A stretch of 64,000 bases of DNA from Oscillospiraceae bacterium. GTDB lineage: Bacteria > Bacillota > Clostridia > Saccharofermentanales > Saccharofermentanaceae. The position numbers were made by a program, and so were the translations under genes. Below the pieces are notes generated by a model that saw only the letters and a list, made by a program, of their open reading frames with translations, was not told where the DNA came from and did not search any database. Every line of letters starts with the position of its first letter. The stretch's first letter is position 1. Where the stretch lies: contig JAZLMM010000046.1 in assembly GCA_045598705.1 (NCBI GenBank), forward strand, positions 29,073 through 93,072, in the 5' to 3' direction. This document shows positions 18,086 to 27,316 of this stretch, piece by piece.

Positions 18086-20254
18086 ATGAGACAAATCGCC
18101 AAACGAGTGATTGCCTGTATACTTGTGTTTTCTTTATTCCCCATATTGGGTGGATGCCGGAAAAACAGTAAGAAGGCTACATTTGATTCCGGTGCATACA
18201 GTTCCAACACTTTCTCTATACCGAAGAAAGAAGGATACGAAGCGACTCTTCGAAGTGTTCTGAAGGATGGCGAGGATACATGTATTTCTGTCGTGTATAC
18301 GCAGTATGATCAGGACGATTACATTATCAATCAGGTCACAGATATCTTCACGGTCGATGACAAAGCTCAGACGAAATATACGTTGGAAGTAATGGGGAAT
18401 CAGCCACCATGTGTAGTGCTCAAGAATGCATATGTGTACTTAGGGTACAAGAATTCAGACCTTGAGAAAAGTGATGGAGATCAATCCAATCTTCAAATGT
18501 CGGCGGTTTTCCTGGATAAGAAGACAGGTGATCTGATTCGTGCAATAGATACCGATTTTCAGCCTTGGTATGTCACGGAAATATCAGATGGCTTTGTAAT
18601 TGTTGGAAACTCTACTTTGTCAAGATATACAACAGAGGGGACGTTGGTAAAGACGATTAAGTTGGATTTTCCGTGTTATATAGAAAGTAATGGTTTCTTC
18701 GAAGATAACGGGAAGTACTATATCGTGGAAGAGAGGGATCTGGGCGAACTATACTATCATGAGGTGAACTTCGAAACAGGAGAATGCCCAGCCATTGCAA
18801 CAAGTGAAAGCATGGGCGCAATTGGGGCATCTATATCAGGGAAGTATTTCTTCAATCCAGATGGCGAGTATCGAGTCAATCTTGATAGTATGGTGGTTGA
18901 GTGTATTGCGGAATGGAACAATATAGATATTCGCCCGCCAAAGACGAACCTAGATACCCCGTCTCGATTGTATGACTTGGATGACAACCGATTTGCGAAG
19001 AGCTATATATATCGGGATGGAACAGCAGAGGTGCTTCTTTTTAAGTATGATCCAACAGTTGATCGATCAAAGGTTCAGATGATCAAAATCGGAGGCTATG
19101 GTGTGTACAATGACCCAGTACTACAATGGGCAGTATACTCTTTCAATACGAGCAACAAAGACTATCGAGTGATTCTGGAAGATTATAGTGGACGATTTGA
19201 AGGATATTTGCCAGAAGAGCGAAGAAAGGCAACACTTGAATTAACACAGTATTTTAACCAAGGGAATACGCCGGATATCTTCTATGGAACCCGATTTGAT
19301 TATGCTTATATGGGGCGAAATGGAATGGTTGAAGATCTGTCGGGGTACATGAATGACCAATACGCGTCCCGACTGACGGATTCAGCGAAGAGATTGTTGT
19401 ATGACGGGAACGGGAATTGCTTCCAACTTTTCTCAGGCTATATGATGTACGGATATGAAATGTTGAAGAGTGATCTGAATGAGGTTCAGGACACCTCTAT
19501 GCAGAGCCTATTTGAATACTCAGCGAAAAAGGGGATTCCTTGTTCTACTACCTCAGCTGCTGATTTGGTTGACACGGCTATCCGATATGATTTTGCAGAT
19601 TTATGGGGGGCATACGATGGGAGAAAGAAGGTTTCTCATGATGAACTAGCGGAGTTGGTAAAATCTGTATTGTCTTTGCCGATTGAAGGCAAGCCGATTA
19701 CAAATTCAGAGGATTTAGTGAACGGTCGAGTGTTGATGTGCGATTCAATCGTATCTTGTACCATGTCAGAAGACTATTTGGAAGATGAATTCGAGTTTAT
19801 TGGTTATCCATCCATTCATGGGGTAGTTCATCTGGCCATACCGCAAAGTTGTCTTGCAATTTCCACAACTGCAAAGAATAAAGATAAGTGCTGGGAAATG
19901 TTGGCCATGTTGCTGTCAGAAGATGCGCAGAAACAAGCAATTATCACCGGATATATCCCGATTACACAACATGCAATCGATATGTTCTGTGAAGCTTCCA
20001 GTCATCCGGAGTCAGTCACTGATGAGGTACTGAAGAGTGTACTTGGCAAACAGGAAGCAGTTTCTCAGGATAAGATAGATGCGTTCAGAAAGACAGTGGA
20101 TATGGCGGATACGGTTGCCACTTATGACTATGGCATATTCGATATTATCTACGATGAGGTCAATAGTTACTATTCCCAGAGTCGCACACCGGAACAGATC
20201 GCAGATACGCTGGAAGACCGGTTAACACTCTATATGCAGGAGAATTATCAGTAA
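18086..20254 (+). CDS. Large lipoprotein: unknown N-terminal domain plus solute-binding-protein-like C-terminal half
   Basis: Signal/lipobox ILGGC. The C-terminal ~400 aa resemble family-1 extracellular SBPs (YRVILEDYSG...GNTPDIFYG...). No permease genes are adjacent. Confidence 0.65.
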   Translation: MRQIAKRVIACILVFSLFPILGGCRKNSKKATFDSGAYSSNTFSIPKKEGYEATLRSVLKDGEDTCISVVYTQYDQDDYIINQVTDIFTVDDKAQTKYTLEVMGNQPPCVVLKNAYVYLGYKNSDLEKSDGDQSNLQMSAVFLDKKTGDLIRAIDTDFQPWYVTEISDGFVIVGNSTLSRYTTEGTLVKTIKLDFPCYIESNGFFEDNGKYYIVEERDLGELYYHEVNFETGECPAIATSESMGAIGASISGKYFFNPDGEYRVNLDSMVVECIAEWNNIDIRPPKTNLDTPSRLYDLDDNRFAKSYIYRDGTAEVLLFKYDPTVDRSKVQMIKIGGYGVYNDPVLQWAVYSFNTSNKDYRVILEDYSGRFEGYLPEERRKATLELTQYFNQGNTPDIFYGTRFDYAYMGRNGMVEDLSGYMNDQYASRLTDSAKRLLYDGNGNCFQLFSGYMMYGYEMLKSDLNEVQDTSMQSLFEYSAKKGIPCSTTSAADLVDTAIRYDFADLWGAYDGRKKVSHDELAELVKSVLSLPIEGKPITNSEDLVNGRVLMCDSIVSCTMSEDYLEDEFEFIGYPSIHGVVHLAIPQSCLAISTTAKNKDKCWEMLAMLLSEDAQKQAIITGYIPITQHAIDMFCEASSHPESVTDEVLKSVLGKQEAVSQDKIDAFRKTVDMADTVATYDYGIFDIIYDEVNSYYSQSRTPEQIADTLEDRLTLYMQENYQ

Positions 20255-20290
20255 AGTTTATAGAACTTATAGACAGATTAAGTGCATAAA

Positions 20291-20331
20291 GCAGAAGCAC
20301 CATCCTGGAATGACCAAGATGGTGCTTCTGC
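20291..20331. terminator. 14-bp hairpin shared by the convergent lipoprotein gene and tRNA-Ala
   Basis: GCAGAAGCACCATC (20291-20304) pairs with GATGGTGCTTCTGC (20318-20331). A T-rich tail (TTTATG) is present only on the minus strand. Confidence 0.65.
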
Positions 20332-20402
20332 AATTCGTATTAGAAAGACACTTTCACGGCGAAACCGCCGCCCCAGAAATAGGTGTTCGTCCAATACACA
20401 TT

Positions 20403-20478
20403 TGGTGGAGCATATGAGGATCGAACTCACGACCCCCAGATTGCGAACCTGGTGCTCTCCCAGCTGAGCTAATGCCCC
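20403..20478 (-). tRNA. tRNA-Ala (anticodon CGC), CCA encoded
   Basis: The reverse complement GGGGCATTAGCTCAGCTGGGAGAGCACCAGGTTCGCAATCTGGGGGTCGTGAGTTCGATCCTCATATGCTCCACCA folds as a 76-nt cloverleaf. It has the G3:U70 Ala identity pair, anticodon loop TTCGCAA and T-loop TTCGATC. Confidence 0.95.
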
Positions 20479-20491
20479 AAATCACTCCATT

Positions 20492-20520
20492 ATTATGGTG
20501 GCAAGTCTAATAATTGTCAA
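20492..20520 (-). promoter_or_regulatory. Sigma-A-type promoter for tRNA-Ala
   Basis: On the minus strand: TTGACA (20520-20515), 17-nt spacer, CATAAT (20497-20492), about 14 nt upstream of the tRNA 5' end. Confidence 0.6.
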
Positions 20521-20584
20521 GGCGATTTTTGGGTGAGGTTGTGTTATAGTGAATGGGAATGAAAGCCGAAAATGGAGGAACGAT

Positions 20585-21820
20585 ATGAAATTCCATAGAA
20601 CCATAGCAACTGCTATTTGTGTGTTGTCGATATTGGGTGTGAATGTCGGAAATGCCCTCGCGACCTCAGCGGAAATGCCAGCGGTCAAGACCTTCTCGCA
20701 CATGAATGATCGACATGCCGTGACCTATTCTATGTTGCCTGATCCGGAAGAAGGAACCATCATCGTAGACGGCAAGGCTTTCTCTGTATTGCAGAACTGC
20801 AAAGGCGAGAATTGGAAATTTGTTGCCAAGGAGCATACGCTGTATCTAGATGGTTACAATGGATTATATATCGATATGGGAAAACAACCCGAGTCGAAGA
20901 TCGTGGTGACCGGAACGAACCACGTGTCTTCGAACATGAAGTCGCCAGCGATCCTTGCGGAAGGGGACCTAATCATTGAAGGCGAGGGAGAGCTAGATGC
21001 TACGGTAACGGCTTGCCATAGTGCCATCTATGTACGAGCAGGTCAACTTACGATTCAGGATACCACCTTGCGTGTCAAGGGAAGTGGTGAAATTGCGGAT
21101 GGGGATGACCTTGTGATGGCGGATAAGAGTGTGAAGATTTCCCACGCGAATGTTACGGTGGACGATGAGATCAATAGTGCCGGTGCAGCAATAGGCTCTC
21201 GTCAACTCAACATCAAGATTACAGATGGTTCGACAGTGTCGATTCATTCGAAGGAGAAAGCACTTGCTACATTCTATGGTAATGTGACAATCGATGGCGC
21301 AAATACTTCGGTGGAGATCGTCTCGGATGATAACGCAGTATATGCCAAAGAAGGATTTACTTTAGCACAAGGAGCCTTCTTCTCAGCAACGGCGAATGGT
21401 ACATTGACGACCGCACTATATTGTCCGGAAGGCGAGATCCAAGTCCAGGGTTCGGAATTGAAGATCGAGTCTTCCCGCACGGCGATGGCCGGCACGAAAA
21501 TCGTGACAGAAAATGCTTACATATCTGAACCTACGGAGGCTGTGACGCAGGAAGTTTCGTCGCTGATTACAGTTGTGGTGGATGGGCAAGTTGTTTCGTC
21601 CTTACATGTGATACCGGGTGTTGCTCCTACTTCTACCCCTACCCCTACACCTTCTCCGACGCCATCGCCCACACCGGCACCTACCACGGTGGGAAATAGT
21701 GAGCCATTGGATCAGCAGAGTATCACACCACGCATGATACTAGGAGCAAGCCTAATTGTTATCAGCCTGGCTGTAATAGCGATTGTAATCGTTTCGCGTA
21801 TTCGTGGGCAACGGGAATAA
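20585..21820 (+). CDS. Secreted, membrane-anchored surface protein (repetitive beta-helix-like body, PT-rich stalk, C-terminal TM anchor)
   Basis: ATG 20585 follows GGAGGAA. It has a signal peptide ...NALATSAEM, a PTSTPTPTPSPTPSPTPAPTT linker, and a C-terminal TM segment followed by RIRGQRE. No LPXTG or NPxTG motif. Confidence 0.65.
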   Translation: MKFHRTIATAICVLSILGVNVGNALATSAEMPAVKTFSHMNDRHAVTYSMLPDPEEGTIIVDGKAFSVLQNCKGENWKFVAKEHTLYLDGYNGLYIDMGKQPESKIVVTGTNHVSSNMKSPAILAEGDLIIEGEGELDATVTACHSAIYVRAGQLTIQDTTLRVKGSGEIADGDDLVMADKSVKISHANVTVDDEINSAGAAIGSRQLNIKITDGSTVSIHSKEKALATFYGNVTIDGANTSVEIVSDDNAVYAKEGFTLAQGAFFSATANGTLTTALYCPEGEIQVQGSELKIESSRTAMAGTKIVTENAYISEPTEAVTQEVSSLITVVVDGQVVSSLHVIPGVAPTSTPTPTPSPTPSPTPAPTTVGNSEPLDQQSITPRMILGASLIVISLAVIAIVIVSRIRGQRE

Positions 21821-21832
21821 GGTTCTTCTCCT

Positions 21833-24211
21833 TTACGCCAGATCGATGACGACACTGTTGGTGTTCATCATGATGAGTGTACCCCACTCGTTCAACTCCG
21901 GAATGCCGGCACTGCACGAAGCAATACGGAAAACATTGGCCAGTACCAGTCGGATTTGTCCGTAGAAACCCTCAATGGTAATGGTTATTTGCTTTGCTTG
22001 CCGCACTACTTTGACGATACCAATGTTCTTCAGATCTGCCGAGTAGATATCGGTACTGATTTCTTTGCCTTCTGAAATTTCAAACAGAGTAATGGTGACA
22101 TTCTCCATGTAGTTATAGATCGGCTTTGCATCCGAGTTGCCCGTGACGAGGATTGTGTCAGGGCGCGCGAGAATCGGCATGGTATTGTAAGAATGCTGTT
22201 CGTTCTTCCAGATCGGTCCTTCGATTCGTTCACGGGTCTGGAGATTCGTCCAAATGCCGGATGGAACATAGTAGCGGACGATGCCCTGCTCAGAAGTAAT
22301 TGGTGCAATCAGGAGCGAGGAACCGAACATATACTGCTGATCAAGTATAGCGACGTTCGGATCGTTCGGAAATTCTAGTACCATAGGACGTGTCATCGGA
22401 AGTCCCAATGAACTGGATTCTACTGCGCAGGAGTAGATGTATGGCATCAGTACGTTCTTAAATTTAGAGAAGACGATGGTCTCGCCCAGCGCATCAGTTC
22501 CCAAGGTCCAGGGAGTCTTCTCCATCTCAACGCCAGTCAAGATGGACATGGGTGCGAACATGGCGGCTTGATGCCAACGCATGTATAGATCTGGTGAGAC
22601 CACATCTGAGGTGCCGGATATGTTCTCTCCCCAGTATGGAAAACCACTCAAGGAAAGAGAGAGACCGCTTTGAAGCGTGGAGACCATGCCTGCATAGGAG
22701 GATTCTTCATTGTCTAGGACAAGGAAGGGGTACTTCTGAGAACCGACAAAACCAGCATGTGCGAGTAAACAGGCATTGTTCTGCCCCAGACGTCTTTCTA
22801 GAATTTCAAATACGGCCTCGGCAAAAAGTGTTGGGTACAGATTATGCATGCTTACACTGTCGAGTTCATTCTTATAGGTGATGCCATTGGACATGGCTGC
22901 GCGACCGAAAGCGGGAGCCGGTACCGGCGCATCTGCACCATAATCGAGGTGGAAGGAATCTACACCCATATTTACGAGATCGTTAATACTCTTCTGATAC
23001 CACGCACGAGCTACGAGGTTAGAGAAATCCATCATCGCTGCGCCAGGTTGAACGTAATCGGACTGCCAAAGATCCCCATTGCCGGTATTAATAAAGTAGT
23101 TGCCGTCAAAGCCTTCTTGGAACATGGGCGAACGCTGAGAAATGTATGGGCTGATCCAAAGGCAGATTCGAATACCGTTCTCATGAAGTTTCTTAATCAT
23201 GGCCTGAGGATTTGGGAAACGTTGCTGATCCCAAAGGAAACTAGTCCACTCAAAATTCTTCATCCAGAAGGGCCCGAGATGGATGACGGACAACGGCATG
23301 TTGGCGTTCTTGACATATTCCATCATATTGAGGATGGTGTCCTGATTGAACTCCCCATAGGGTGGACAAGATAACCAAGTGCCGAATGACCAGGCCGGAG
23401 GAAGTGCAGGTCGACCAATCAACTCAGAGTAGATGTCGAGCACGTGTTTCATCGAAGCACCGCCGATAAAGATATACTCCATGGTTTCGCCTGCCAAAGA
23501 GAACTGTGTCCGCCTGGTTGTGCCATTGGTATCTATCGCGGTGGTACATGCAGTTCCAATCTCGTAAGAGACACATTCTGTGCTGTTGACGAAAACACCG
23601 TAGCCCCGGGAAGAGATGAAGAAAGGCGTAGATTTGGCAGAGCGACCATAGCGGATGCCGGCATCTTCATTCCAAATATTGAAACTTCCTCCATTACGCG
23701 CGATAGGACCTGGCTGTTCACCTAATCCATAGATATATTCATCTTCACTGAGTCGGAACTGTTCGCGGATGTACGTGTTGCCATCTGGCCCAATGATATG
23801 AGCCATACCACCAAATTCTGTTGCTGTCAGGAAACGACCGGAGTAGTAGAAGGAAAGTCCCCACTCACCACTTTTATTGAAGTGGACTTCCAGAAGACTT
23901 GAAGTGTACACATATTCGTTTTCTGTTTCACTACTGACAGGTTTGATAATCGCCTGATTCAACTCCATGGTTGCCTTGGCTACACGAGAACCACGATGGT
24001 TGACGATTTTGATGGAGAAAGTATTGGCACCAATTGAGGAGATGTGAACGGTCAGAATGCCGCATCCGACAGAATCCACAGGTTTATTCTGCTCAGTGTA
24101 AGGCGCAAGTAACGTAATGCCAGCGTCAGAGTAATCAATGTCTGCGATTTCTTTCGGATACTCAACCGTATACCCGTCTTTAACTGCCCATAAACCATCC
24201 GTGAATTCCAT
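21833..24211 (-). CDS. Glycoside hydrolase family 31 (alpha-xylosidase/alpha-glucosidase-like)
   Basis: About 792 aa. GH31-like blocks (IWNEDAG, RICLWISPYI, GVDSFHLDYG). Start trimmed to ATG 24211 (MEFTDGLWAVKDGY) after GGAGAGGAG. Confidence 0.8.
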   Translation of the reverse strand: MEFTDGLWAVKDGYTVEYPKEIADIDYSDAGITLLAPYTEQNKPVDSVGCGILTVHISSIGANTFSIKIVNHRGSRVAKATMELNQAIIKPVSSETENEYVYTSSLLEVHFNKSGEWGLSFYYSGRFLTATEFGGMAHIIGPDGNTYIREQFRLSEDEYIYGLGEQPGPIARNGGSFNIWNEDAGIRYGRSAKSTPFFISSRGYGVFVNSTECVSYEIGTACTTAIDTNGTTRRTQFSLAGETMEYIFIGGASMKHVLDIYSELIGRPALPPAWSFGTWLSCPPYGEFNQDTILNMMEYVKNANMPLSVIHLGPFWMKNFEWTSFLWDQQRFPNPQAMIKKLHENGIRICLWISPYISQRSPMFQEGFDGNYFINTGNGDLWQSDYVQPGAAMMDFSNLVARAWYQKSINDLVNMGVDSFHLDYGADAPVPAPAFGRAAMSNGITYKNELDSVSMHNLYPTLFAEAVFEILERRLGQNNACLLAHAGFVGSQKYPFLVLDNEESSYAGMVSTLQSGLSLSLSGFPYWGENISGTSDVVSPDLYMRWHQAAMFAPMSILTGVEMEKTPWTLGTDALGETIVFSKFKNVLMPYIYSCAVESSSLGLPMTRPMVLEFPNDPNVAILDQQYMFGSSLLIAPITSEQGIVRYYVPSGIWTNLQTRERIEGPIWKNEQHSYNTMPILARPDTILVTGNSDAKPIYNYMENVTITLFEISEGKEISTDIYSADLKNIGIVKVVRQAKQITITIEGFYGQIRLVLANVFRIASCSAGIPELNEWGTLIMMNTNSVVIDLA

Positions 24212-24455
24212 TTCTTGCTCCTCTCCTGCCGCACAAGTAGCGAACAACGTTCATTCAAACATAGTTATTCTTGTTCAGTATAGCAGAGGGACTTGTGTGA
24301 AAAGGAACAGAATTCCTACTGATGTATTTCAGTTGTGTAAAAAACAGCCGATTTGTCAAAAAACAGAATAAAGGAGAGAGGGAAATGGTATACTGAAAGG
24401 GAAAAGACTGCGAAAGCTGCGATCTTTGGACGAGAGACGAGGAGATGAACAAGAA

Positions 24456-25640
24456 ATGGCTTCCCCAAGAAAGATGAAGCAATATGCCAAGAGTATCCAT
24501 GGTTGCCGCCAGAATCTGGTGGTAGACAGTGGTGCTTTTCGTCAGCTACCAGAAATGCTCATCGAACAAGGGAGAAGAAGAGTGCTCCTAATATCGGGTA
24601 AACAGACGCAGCGATTGGGACTATATGATAAATTTGTCGCTCGGCTGAAAGATCTCGGTGCGAAGTGCTTCGTCTGGAGCGTGGACGGCAATGTACCGGA
24701 TCATGAGATCGTTGAAGAATGTGCAAGAGCATGCACCAATTACAACTGTGATGCAATCGTTGCTTTGGGCGGCGGTTCCATCATCGATATCGCCAAGATG
24801 GTTTCCATTTGGGTCAGAAATGCTGACTGTTCACTCTATCAGATGCGTGGTATCGGCAGGATCAAGCAGGCAGGCGTTCCGCTTTATGCTGTTTCTTCAA
24901 CAGGAAGCGGTGCGGAAAGTTCAGCATGTTCTATTCTTCGACATAATCATCAGATTTCAATGTACTATAGTAAGTATTTGGTGCCTGGCACGGTCGTGCT
25001 GGATTCGGAATTGCTTCTGCGTTTGCCGACGGACAGTATGGCGCAGTCCATGGTTTATGCACTTGCCCATGCAGTGGAAGTCTACATTAGTCCGATTGGT
25101 AAGGCCTTCCAGGCGGATCGAGCCAATGCATTGGTAGCCATTCCGATTTTCTTTTCCCACTTAGAGAAATGTTATCAACATGGTGCAAATCCAGATATAT
25201 ATCAGCAGATGATGATGGCGCCTTATTATTCTGGTGTTGCCACGCGCAGAATCGGTTTCGGCTACACACATTGTCTTTCTATGTATATTGCTGAGAAATA
25301 TGATCTCTCACCTGGCAAAGTGAGTGCTGCCATCCTGCCGGCAATACTGAATTACGAGTTTGAAGAGGTGAAAGCAGACTTAGCTGAACTGTCACATGTC
25401 GCAGGGCTATGCTCGAATCATGCCAGTGTAGATGAAGCTGCACATGCCTTTATTTCCGGTTTCTCTAGCCTCTGTCATCAACTAGGCCTTCAGAATGCGC
25501 TTCCACAGATTCGACCAGACGATTGTGGTGAGGCGGTTGAACTTGCCCTTTACGATGCAGAACAGTGGGAGCATCCAAAGAAGTTAACGCAGAAAGTGGC
25601 GATGGCTCTGCTTCGAAAGGTTCAGCGAGCGGATGGATAG
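24456..25640 (+). CDS. Iron-containing alcohol dehydrogenase family protein
   Basis: GGGSIIDIAKM motif and conserved His cluster (ALAHAVEVY...YTHCLS). The start is uncertain: 24456 or 24474. Confidence 0.8.
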   Translation: MASPRKMKQYAKSIHGCRQNLVVDSGAFRQLPEMLIEQGRRRVLLISGKQTQRLGLYDKFVARLKDLGAKCFVWSVDGNVPDHEIVEECARACTNYNCDAIVALGGGSIIDIAKMVSIWVRNADCSLYQMRGIGRIKQAGVPLYAVSSTGSGAESSACSILRHNHQISMYYSKYLVPGTVVLDSELLLRLPTDSMAQSMVYALAHAVEVYISPIGKAFQADRANALVAIPIFFSHLEKCYQHGANPDIYQQMMMAPYYSGVATRRIGFGYTHCLSMYIAEKYDLSPGKVSAAILPAILNYEFEEVKADLAELSHVAGLCSNHASVDEAAHAFISGFSSLCHQLGLQNALPQIRPDDCGEAVELALYDAEQWEHPKKLTQKVAMALLRKVQRADG

Positions 25641-27006
25641 TATGAACGAAACACCCGCAAGACGAATCGATCAATCTCTTCCGCACCAAGTGGAGAAACT
25701 TCTGACAACGATCGAAGCCAAAGGATACGAAGCATATGTAGTGGGTGGCGCTGTGCGTGACCTCTTACTCGGTGATTCCCCTGATGATTATGATGTGACG
25801 ACTTCTGCCACGCCGGAGGAAGTATTGACTATTTTCGGCGAGCGTGCATGTCATCTGACCGGTATCGCCCACGGAACGATCACTGTCGTCATCGACCATT
25901 ATCCCATTGAAGTAACGACGTTTCGAGTAGAGACAACATATTCAGATGCTCGCCATCCGGACCAGGTCCAGTTTACGCGATCTCTAAAGGAAGATGTCAA
26001 ACGAAGAGATTTTACGATCAATGCGATGGCATTGGATGCGCGAGGAAATATCTATGATTTCTTCGATGGAATCTCCGATCTGGAGCATGGATTAATTCGC
26101 ACGGTCGGTGACCCAAAACAACGATTTGAAGAAGACGCACTTCGCATCCTACGCGCCTTGCGTTTTGCTGCGGAACATGGTTTTGCCATTGAGGAAGCAA
26201 CCTCAAGAGAGATATTGATTCAGCGTAGCGCACTTGCTCATCTTTCTGTCGAACGGATATGGAAAGAATTCTCACGACTTATCTGCGGAATGTACTGTGC
26301 CCCCATCTTGCGCAGGTATTCTGACGTATTTGTAGAATTCATACCAGAAATTGCGCCGATGCAAGGATTTGACCAGCGGAATCCCCACCACATCTATGAC
26401 GTTTGGGAACATACATTGGTATCGGTGATCTCTGTACCACCGGAACTCATTCTTCGCCTAACCATGCTACTCCATGATATCGGCAAGCCTTCCTGCTTTA
26501 CAGCGGATGCGGACGGTGTAGGTCATTTTCTCGGACATATGAAGATTAGTGCAGAGATGGCAGAGCAGATCCTCCGACGCATGAAAGCAGACAATGAGAC
26601 ACGTGAGACAACCGTTCTTCTGATTAAAGCACATGATGTGGCCATGACACCCATCTCCATTCGACTTGTACGTCGCCGATTAGCCCAGTATGGGGAGAAG
26701 AATCTTCGCCGTTTGCTGGAAGTAAAGCGGGCGGATACGCTTGCTCATTCGCCGAAAAGTGCATATCGACTGATTGAGTTCGATCACTTTGAGGAACTAC
26801 TAGATCGTGTGCTTCAGGAGAAGATGTGTTTCTCTTACGATGACTTGGCAATTTCGGGCAAAGACTTGATTCGAATCGGTATGAGACCAGGCGTGGCGAT
26901 TGGTCAAGTAAAGAAACAGCTTCTGGACGAAGTGATTGATGGTAAACTTCAGAATGAGAAAGAAGTATTGCTTGCCCGAGCGAAGATACTACGTCGTTCG
27001 ATTTAA
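25633..27006 (+). CDS. cca: CCA-adding tRNA nucleotidyltransferase with HD domain
   Basis: VVGGAVRDLLLG...DYDVTT, RDFTINAM and LLHDIGKP. Confidence 0.9.
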   Translation: MDSMNETPARRIDQSLPHQVEKLLTTIEAKGYEAYVVGGAVRDLLLGDSPDDYDVTTSATPEEVLTIFGERACHLTGIAHGTITVVIDHYPIEVTTFRVETTYSDARHPDQVQFTRSLKEDVKRRDFTINAMALDARGNIYDFFDGISDLEHGLIRTVGDPKQRFEEDALRILRALRFAAEHGFAIEEATSREILIQRSALAHLSVERIWKEFSRLICGMYCAPILRRYSDVFVEFIPEIAPMQGFDQRNPHHIYDVWEHTLVSVISVPPELILRLTMLLHDIGKPSCFTADADGVGHFLGHMKISAEMAEQILRRMKADNETRETTVLLIKAHDVAMTPISIRLVRRRLAQYGEKNLRRLLEVKRADTLAHSPKSAYRLIEFDHFEELLDRVLQEKMCFSYDDLAISGKDLIRIGMRPGVAIGQVKKQLLDEVIDGKLQNEKEVLLARAKILRRSI

Positions 27007-27316
27007 AGTCAAAGACAGAATCTAGAATTTACGACTTTTTTTCGTTTGTGCCTGCGGGTCGACTTCACAATTTGTCACAATCGAATGTGCAAATAGACAA
27101 ACTACCACAAAATGTCACGGCAAATTTGTGATAAATGCACATCAAATGGTCCTGGTTTGCGATTTATTCATATTTTTGATACAAAATGTGGCAAAAATGT
27201 GACAAAATCGACAAGAATTCACTTCCTGATCCTTGCTAGAATAGTTTCATAAACAACAAGACAACATGGCGACAGACATCAAGGCAGTAATTGTTAAAGA
27301 GAAGGAGGGAAACCCC

